Positions 58,445-64,000 of a DNA stretch of 64,000 nt are shown piece by piece (positions within the stretch are counted from its first letter, which is position 1; each line of letters begins with the position of its first letter). Location of the stretch: NCBI GenBank assembly GCA_040770465.1, contig JAXGJB010000001.1:96771-160770 (forward strand). The letters are read 5' to 3'. The notes beneath the pieces were generated by a model, which saw nothing but the letters and a program-made list of their open reading frames with translations, was not told where the DNA came from and did no database searches. Both the position numbers and the translations under genes were made by a program. The stretch is from Methanothrix sp. (GTDB taxonomy: Archaea > Halobacteriota > Methanosarcinia > Methanotrichales > Methanotrichaceae).

Positions 58445-59014
58445 TCAAAGCCCCATCTCTTCGATCCACAAGAGCAGCCCGATGAGGACCAAAACCGCCG
58501 GGATCACCACAAGCCAAGAGTTCACCCCCAGGATCTCGGGAAATGTCGCATCCCCGAAATCGCCTCTCTTCAGCACCTTCTCTTCCAGCCTCGGGTAAAA
58601 CTCGGCGAAGAGCCCCGCCCCCAGGAGAACCCCACAAAACCCGCCCACCAGGGCGTCGATCGATCCCTGGCCGACGGCCCCGGCTATTGTTCCGGGGCAA
58701 TAGCCTAGGAGGGCGAATCCGACGCCGAAGACGAGCCCGCCCAGGGCCGAGGAGCCCACGGAGCCGGGCTTTGGGTGGAGCTTCACCATCCCCAGGTTTC
58801 GGAGGAGGTGGACGCAGATCATCCCCGTGATCACCGCCGAGGCCATCACCTTGAAGACGGTGAAGTCTGTGAGGAGGAGCTGGCCGACGATGACCTCGTA
58901 CCGCGTGACGCCGCCCTTCTGGAGGAGAAAGCCGAAACCGACCCCTATCAAAAGGCCGATGATGAGCTGGACCCGGTCGTTTGATCGCAGATCTTCAATT
59001 GCCAAATCCACCAC
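58445..59014 (-). CDS. YeeE/YedE sulfur/thiosulfate transporter family protein (second half-transporter)
   Basis: GFGFLLQKGG, FGVGFALLGYCPGT. Confidence 0.88.
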   Translation of the reverse strand: MVDLAIEDLRSNDRVQLIIGLLIGVGFGFLLQKGGVTRYEVIVGQLLLTDFTVFKVMASAVITGMICVHLLRNLGMVKLHPKPGSVGSSALGGLVFGVGFALLGYCPGTIAGAVGQGSIDALVGGFCGVLLGAGLFAEFYPRLEEKVLKRGDFGDATFPEILGVNSWLVVIPAVLVLIGLLLWIEEMGL

Positions 59015-59018
59015 CGCC

Positions 59019-59540
59019 TCAGACCCCGGCCCCGAAGAGGATCATCGCCGTAGCGATTCCGCCGATGAAGAAGCACGCTACCGCAAGCCACGAGCTGGCG
59101 GCGAGCTGGAGGGTCCCGCTGATACCGTGGCCGCTGGTGCAGCCCCCGGCCCACCGGGCTCCCAGCCCCACGAGAACGCCCCCGACGAAGGCGGCCGCTA
59201 TCCTCAGGAACGGTTCGGGGCCGAACCGAGCCGCCCACATGGCCGGGACCGTCTCGGGCCGGAAGGACCCCGAGAGGCCGGCCGAGAGGAACGCCCCGAT
59301 GACGATCCCCGCCACCAGCATCACCTCCCAGTCGACGACCGGCTCGAACTTCCGATAGTATGCCTTCTCCCGGACCCTCGGTCCGCGAACCGCCTTCTCG
59401 ATCATCCCGCTCGTCCTGCTGAAAGCGGTGGAGCAGCCGATGGGCTTCTCGGATAAGAGAAAGGCCAGGACTTCCAGAATCCCTATCCCCGCCCCCACAA
59501 GGTATGGGGACCACAGATCCATCTCGAGATAATCAAGCAT
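59019..59540 (-). CDS. YeeE/YedE family protein (first half-transporter)
   Basis: WSPY..G, IGCST, GARWAGGCTSGHGISG. Confidence 0.9.
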   Translation of the reverse strand: MLDYLEMDLWSPYLVGAGIGILEVLAFLLSEKPIGCSTAFSRTSGMIEKAVRGPRVREKAYYRKFEPVVDWEVMLVAGIVIGAFLSAGLSGSFRPETVPAMWAARFGPEPFLRIAAAFVGGVLVGLGARWAGGCTSGHGISGTLQLAASSWLAVACFFIGGIATAMILFGAGV

Positions 59541-59676
59541 CCAATCCCTCCAGGTCCCTTGAAATGCGAGAATTCCGATCTCTCCAGACCGGACCGCTCC
59601 TTAAGATCAGCGTTTTATGTCTTACCATCTTTATAAAGCTGACACGAATGGGGAACAGTTCCCTGGAGAATAGAGC

Positions 59677-60570
59677 ATGAAAAGACGGCTTATGATCCTG
59701 GTCATGACGATGTTGACGGTCCCCGCCCTGCTCTTTGGGGCGGCTGGCGCTGCTGCTGGAGACGGCGTTGAAAACCTTGTGGTCCTCCTCACCGACTACG
59801 GAACCTCCGACTTCCACGTGGGGGCGCTGGAGGGTTCGATCTACTCGGCCAATCCCGACGCCAGAATATCCACCATAACCCACAATGTACCGGCCTTCAA
59901 CATCGCCGAGGGGTCCTTCATCCTCGCCCAGGCTGCGCCGTACTATCCACCGGGCGCGGTCTTTGCGGCGGATGTAGATCCTGGCGCAGCAACGGACGAA
60001 CGGTCCATCGTCCTTTTGACGGGTGACGGCAAGCTCTTCGTGGGCCCTGATAACGGTCTGTTTACAGACGTCATGAACGAGCTTGGGGTCGCCAGCGTCC
60101 GCGAGATCACGAATGAGAATTTCACGGTCCAGGTCAACTTCTCGGCCAACTTCTGGGGTATCGGCGTTTACGGCCCCGTGGCCGCCCGCCTTGCCGCCGG
60201 GATGGACCCCTCCGAGGTGGGGGACGAGATCTTCGATCCGGTCAGATCGGAGGTCGATCTTGCTCGTCTTGAAAATGAGACCCTCGTCGGCGTCGTCGAA
60301 GACGTTGACCACTGGGGAAACCTCATAACCAACATCCCTCGGGATCTGGTCGATAGGGCGGATCTCGAGCCCGGCGATCGAATCGAGATATCCATTGGGG
60401 GTGAGGAGGTGGAGGCGGCCTTCGGGACCACCTACGCCGACGTCCCCGAGGGAGAATGGGTCGCCTTCATCGGCTCTTCGGGGCGGCTGGAGATAGCAAT
60501 CAACATGGGGAGCGCCGCTCTTGCCCTCGGAGTCTCCTCAGGTTCAGAGGTCCAGGTCGACAGGATTTGA
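59677..60570 (+). CDS. DUF62 / SAM-dependent halogenase-hydrolase family protein with signal peptide
   Basis: LLTDYG, ITHNVP, VDPG...R, GPDNGL, DHWGNLITNI, TYADV, LEIAINMGSAA; N-terminus MKRRLMILVMTMLTVPALLFGAAGAAA. Confidence 0.9.
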   Translation: MKRRLMILVMTMLTVPALLFGAAGAAAGDGVENLVVLLTDYGTSDFHVGALEGSIYSANPDARISTITHNVPAFNIAEGSFILAQAAPYYPPGAVFAADVDPGAATDERSIVLLTGDGKLFVGPDNGLFTDVMNELGVASVREITNENFTVQVNFSANFWGIGVYGPVAARLAAGMDPSEVGDEIFDPVRSEVDLARLENETLVGVVEDVDHWGNLITNIPRDLVDRADLEPGDRIEISIGGEEVEAAFGTTYADVPEGEWVAFIGSSGRLEIAINMGSAALALGVSSGSEVQVDRI

Positions 60571-60624
60571 AAGCGTCAGGAGGTGAAGAGATAAAAGATA
60601 TCGGAAGGTTTGACCGAGAGAGTT

Positions 60625-61107
60625 TCAGCCGAAGGCGAGGGTGATAGCTCCCACGACCGATGCCGTGACGATGACCCCGGCGATGCAGACCCCGGCGGCG
60701 ATGGCGGGAAAGGCGTGTCTGAACTTGAGGCCAAAGATGAAGGCGATGGCAGAACCCGTCCAGGCCCCCGTCACCGGCAGGGGTACGGCTACGAATAATG
60801 TGAGGGCGAGAAGGCCGTACCTCCGGTGATGCTCGACGTGGTTTCTGTAGGTCCGGGTGAATAGCCAGGAGAAGAAGGCTTCGCCGGGGCCGTATCGCAT
60901 TAGCCAGCGGGATACCGGCTCAAGGAATAGGAGGAGAAGGACCACCGGCACCAGGTTTCCCGCCACCGAGATGGCGTATGCCTCAGCTGGAGCGATGCCG
61001 TAGACCCCTATGGCGAGAGGTATGGCGCCCCGAAGCTCGAAGATCGGCGACATCGCGAGAAAGAAGGTGACGAACGGGCCGGGGATCGTGCTGAAAAAAT
61101 CCATCAT
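60625..61107 (-). CDS. COG2426 small multidrug export-like membrane protein
   Basis: PIFELRGAIP, FVAVPLPVTGAWTG. Confidence 0.9.
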   Translation of the reverse strand: MMDFFSTIPGPFVTFFLAMSPIFELRGAIPLAIGVYGIAPAEAYAISVAGNLVPVVLLLLFLEPVSRWLMRYGPGEAFFSWLFTRTYRNHVEHHRRYGLLALTLFVAVPLPVTGAWTGSAIAFIFGLKFRHAFPAIAAGVCIAGVIVTASVVGAITLAFG

Positions 61108-61204
61108 AAGGGGTCCACCCGATTCGCCCCGAACCTCCGGCCCCCGACGATGCGCCTGGATGAGAAGTTTCCGGGAGCTAGAATCCTCTGGATGATGGCG
61201 ATAT

Positions 61205-61594
61205 TCACTCCCCTATCGATCCCTTTATGCTGACCGTCAGCACCGACTCGTCTTTGGGGGAGGTTACCGAGACGGTCAGGTCCACGGGGATTTTTCCTAT
61301 GGATACCTTCACGGGGCGATCCTCGTCGCCTCCAACCCCGACCATTATCCCTTCCGCCATTCGGGCGACGGCCCTGGCGATCTCCTGAAGCTCGGGAAGA
61401 TTTACGGCCACCGGACTATCCTTTTCGCCGCAGACCTTTGCCGTTATCGGCGACTCGATCCCCACCGCGACCTTGAGCCCCCCGTCCTTTCCGGGCCCCT
61501 TCACCTCAGCCACGATGGGATACCTATCGGCATCTTCGCTTCCCTGAACTTTGGCCTTGCCTTCCGCATTCACTTTCAGAGATACCATGAACAA
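61205..61594 (-). CDS. Hypothetical protein with short internal repeats
   Basis: 129-aa ORF with own TATA box (~61625-61632) and SD; repeated G..D.P(I/V).V. Confidence 0.7.
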   Translation of the reverse strand: MFMVSLKVNAEGKAKVQGSEDADRYPIVAEVKGPGKDGGLKVAVGIESPITAKVCGEKDSPVAVNLPELQEIARAVARMAEGIMVGVGGDEDRPVKVSIGKIPVDLTVSVTSPKDESVLTVSIKGSIGE

Positions 61595-61817
61595 CCACCT
61601 GAGACCTATTTACGGCATCCTCTCATATAAATGAATGCAAGGGGTTTTTTCGCCATATAATCCCTCTAAATACAGCTTTTTATCAAATCTCTCAGATCAT
61701 TCCCCGTCGTCTGGCTCATCCTTAACTCGTACCGCCTCATTCAGTCCGAATCTTCCGCCAACCTCCAGGCGCGCGGGACACCGGGCAGACAGGCAATCCT
61801 TCCTGGTCAGATCCTGG

Positions 61818-62309
61818 TCAGATGCCGACGCCGAGAACATTTTCTGCGCCCGGTGTGGACCTGATGAAGGCCCAGTCGGATGTCGTGTCGGTGTCGACGC
61901 CGTTGGGATAGCGAGACCAGGAGAAGTCGTCATCCCCCTCATCGCTGCGGAGCGGAGTCTTATCCACCAGCTCCCAGGATTCGGTCCTGAGCAGGACGGT
62001 TCCGTTGTTGCCGCGGGCCCACCGTTCTTCCCCCTCGACGACATGATAGCCGCTGGCTTCGATGGAGGTGTTCCTGGGTATGGTGATCACACCCGTCCAC
62101 TTCCCCCCAGAGGGGAGGGTCTCCTCGATGGTCACGCTCCATCGCCCGATGTCAACAGATTCTTCTCCGGTGTTGAAAAGCTCCACCCACTCGTTTTCGT
62201 CTCCCGCAGGGTTCAGCTCCACCTCGTTTACGACGATCGATCCAGATGATATGGCGACGGCTGCGAGAGCCGAAAGAGACGCAAGCAAAATCTTCAATAT
62301 GAACTTCAT
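61818..62309 (-). CDS. Secreted lamin tail domain protein 1
   Basis: Signal peptide; VVNEVELNP..EWVELFN; RYPNGVDTD...DW...TPGAEN. Confidence 0.88.
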   Translation of the reverse strand: MKFILKILLASLSALAAVAISSGSIVVNEVELNPAGDENEWVELFNTGEESVDIGRWSVTIEETLPSGGKWTGVITIPRNTSIEASGYHVVEGEERWARGNNGTVLLRTESWELVDKTPLRSDEGDDDFSWSRYPNGVDTDTTSDWAFIRSTPGAENVLGVGI

Positions 62310-62386
62310 GACTAACCCCCACATGAACTTCAGGCCGAGAACCGGGATTTAACCCTCCCCGACTCCTGGATAAGGACGAGCTTCGA

Positions 62387-62404
62387 ATAAATAACCGTAT
62401 CGAT
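62387..62404 (-). promoter_or_regulatory. Duplicated BRE/TATA-like promoter element ATCGATACGGTTATTTAT
   Basis: Identical 18-mer at 63086-63103; variant at 63797-63814. Confidence 0.7.
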
Positions 62405-62532
62405 TGAGGAGTTGGATGCCGTCGTCCCGTCGAATCTTCGGTTCAGGCTCTCCGATTGCCTCAGTCGAAGATAAGGGGGGGCCGAGGATATCACTATCGT
62501 GCCCCTCGACTCAAAATTGATCTGTCGTGAAG

Positions 62533-62991
62533 TTATGAGTTGCTTGCGTTTTTAGTGCCCTTTCCGAAGATCCAGTCGGAGCTATGGTCGGTGTCGACCC
62601 CGTTCGGATAGCGGAAGTTGGTGAAGAAGTTATCGCTTCCGTCGGTCAGAAGATGGGTCTCATCGACGACGACCCCCTCTTCCGTCTTGAGGATCGCCCT
62701 TCCTCTTCCAGTATTGTGGATCCAGTTGGGGGTACCTTCAGCTACGTAAAATCCGCCGGGCGGGATGATCGTCCCCGAAAATATTCGTATCGATCCTGTC
62801 CAACTGGGATCGGAGTCGACGATCTCGACCCTCCACCCGCTGATCTCCACCTCTTCTGCCCCATTGTTGTAAAGCTCCACCCACTCGGTCCCTCCCTCGG
62901 GAGGGTTGAGCTCCACCTCGTTGAGGACGACGGCACCAAGACCTGCCGCGGATATTGCCAATACGCCCAATAAAGACTCCAACAGTCTCAT
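62533..62991 (-). CDS. Secreted lamin tail domain protein 2
   Basis: VVLNEVELNP..EWVELYN; RYPNGVDTD..SDW. Confidence 0.88.
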   Translation of the reverse strand: MRLLESLLGVLAISAAGLGAVVLNEVELNPPEGGTEWVELYNNGAEEVEISGWRVEIVDSDPSWTGSIRIFSGTIIPPGGFYVAEGTPNWIHNTGRGRAILKTEEGVVVDETHLLTDGSDNFFTNFRYPNGVDTDHSSDWIFGKGTKNASNS

Positions 62992-63085
62992 CGAACTTCG
63001 ATGCACTACAGAATCCCCCACCACGATTCGAGATATCCCCCGGACTGGTTCAACCCGCCGGGTCGGCGGCCTGAAGGATCTCCTG

Positions 63086-63103
63086 ATAAATAACCGTATC
63101 GAT
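63086..63103 (-). promoter_or_regulatory. Second copy of the duplicated LTD-gene promoter element
   Basis: ATAAATAACCGTATCGAT on the plus strand, identical to 62387-62404. Confidence 0.7.
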
Positions 63104-63254
63104 CGAGAGAATAAGAGACGTGTCCGGCTCCTTTCTGCCTGGCCGTGATGAGAAAAATCGCGGATCGATACCGAGCCGCCCTTCAGAACGGACGGCCCAG
63201 GTTCGATCGAAGTCGTCTCAGCTGATTTTTATCGGGATCGTCGGGATCGAGCCT

Positions 63255-63725
63255 TCAGGGCAGGGTGTTCTCCGCCCCGGGGGTGGCCCTCATGAGCATC
63301 CAGTCGGATACCTGGCCGGTGTCAATACCGTTGGGATAGCGGCCGTAGGTGAAGTCGCTGTCGCTGTCGTCGGTTATGAGGTGGGTCTCGTCGACCTTCG
63401 TCCCTTCTGCGTTGACCAGTTTCACAGATCCTTCGTAGTCCTGGCTCCACTGCTCATCCCCCTCGGCGAGGTAGTAGCCGTTGGCTGGGATGATGGTACC
63501 CTGCGGGATGGGCATCGGCCCTTCCCAGGGCTCTTTGATTATGGAGACGATCCAGCCGGAGATGTCGACGTCTTCACCGTCGTCGTTGTAAAGCTCGACC
63601 CATTTGGTTGCGTTTCCCGGCGGGTTGAGCTCCACCTCGTTGATCACCACTGTTCCCGCGCCGATCGCCGAGAGGGCGACGGCGCTGATTAGAGATATCA
63701 AGAGTGCTGACGAAATTCGGTTCAT
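63255..63725 (-). CDS. Secreted lamin tail domain protein 3
   Basis: VVINEVELNP..WVELYN; RYPNGIDT..SDW...TPGAEN. Confidence 0.88.
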   Translation of the reverse strand: MNRISSALLISLISAVALSAIGAGTVVINEVELNPPGNATKWVELYNDDGEDVDISGWIVSIIKEPWEGPMPIPQGTIIPANGYYLAEGDEQWSQDYEGSVKLVNAEGTKVDETHLITDDSDSDFTYGRYPNGIDTGQVSDWMLMRATPGAENTLP

Positions 63726-63872
63726 CCAAATCCTCCCCCATGGATAATCCGTGGTCCGGACGGGTCCGGTTCACACCGACTGAAAATAGCTTTTCAGTAG
63801 ATAACAGTGTCGATCGATCTTCCTTCGTGACCGGGTCAGGGTTTTATTACGATGCCTCTCGTATGACGTCTC

Positions 63873-64000
63873 ATGCAGTACTCGGAAGGACGGCTCGGCA
63901 GGGTCTTCGTGGTCAGGCTGGAGGAGGGCGAGGACCTGATCGGGTCGGTTGAGAGGTTCGTCGCGGAGAAGGGGGTTACTGCCGGGATGATCACCTTTCT
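63873..64000 (+). CDS. PPC/DUF296 domain protein (runs off the window)
   Basis: Manual translation MQYSEGRLGRVFVVRLEEGEDLIGSVERFVAEKGV. Confidence 0.8.
   Translation, partial: MQYSEGRLGRVFVVRLEEGEDLIGSVERFVAEKGVTAGMITF

Noticed and set aside
1-64000. tRNA/rRNA genes, inteins and transposases
   Set aside because: No cloverleaf/T-loop signatures, intein-sized insertions or transposase ORFs recognised by eye; a covariance-model scan would be needed to exclude small RNAs.

Overview
GC-rich archaeal chromosome segment from an aceticlastic methanogen, most likely Methanothrix/Methanosaeta (M. harundinacea-like; inferred from gene content such as the Fpo operon with fused C/D, Lys-rich FpoI tail and no fpoF). 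Contents in order: a nitrogen-assimilation cluster (class II GATase/glutamate synthase subunit, glnK, amtB, a second P-II, glnA); the rpl7ae-rps28e-rpl24e-ndk-infB operon; an AT-rich XcyI/Cfr9I-type restriction-modification cassette; lsm-rpl37e-purF; cofactor and housekeeping genes (kptA, mptA, ribH, ilvE, ubiX, dys); several exported proteins; a CDF-NifX/MFS/NifX cluster converging on the methyl-CoM reductase activation operon (atwA-mmp3-6-5-15-17-7-CMD); fpoABCDHIJJKLMN; a secreted 22-repeat HEAT protein; a YeeE/YedE pair; an exported divergent DUF62 protein; and three tandem lamin-tail-domain genes. No rRNA, tRNA, CRISPR array or transposase was seen. Best leads: a shared TTCATAA-N3-TTATGAA palindrome upstream of three nitrogen promoters; NifX-domain proteins beside the MCR-activation operon; a secreted HEAT solenoid with an N-glycosylation sequon in 17 of 22 repeats; an exported DUF62 with a remodelled active site; and the LTD/transglutaminase surface-protein set. 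All family calls are from motif recognition by eye, not database searches.
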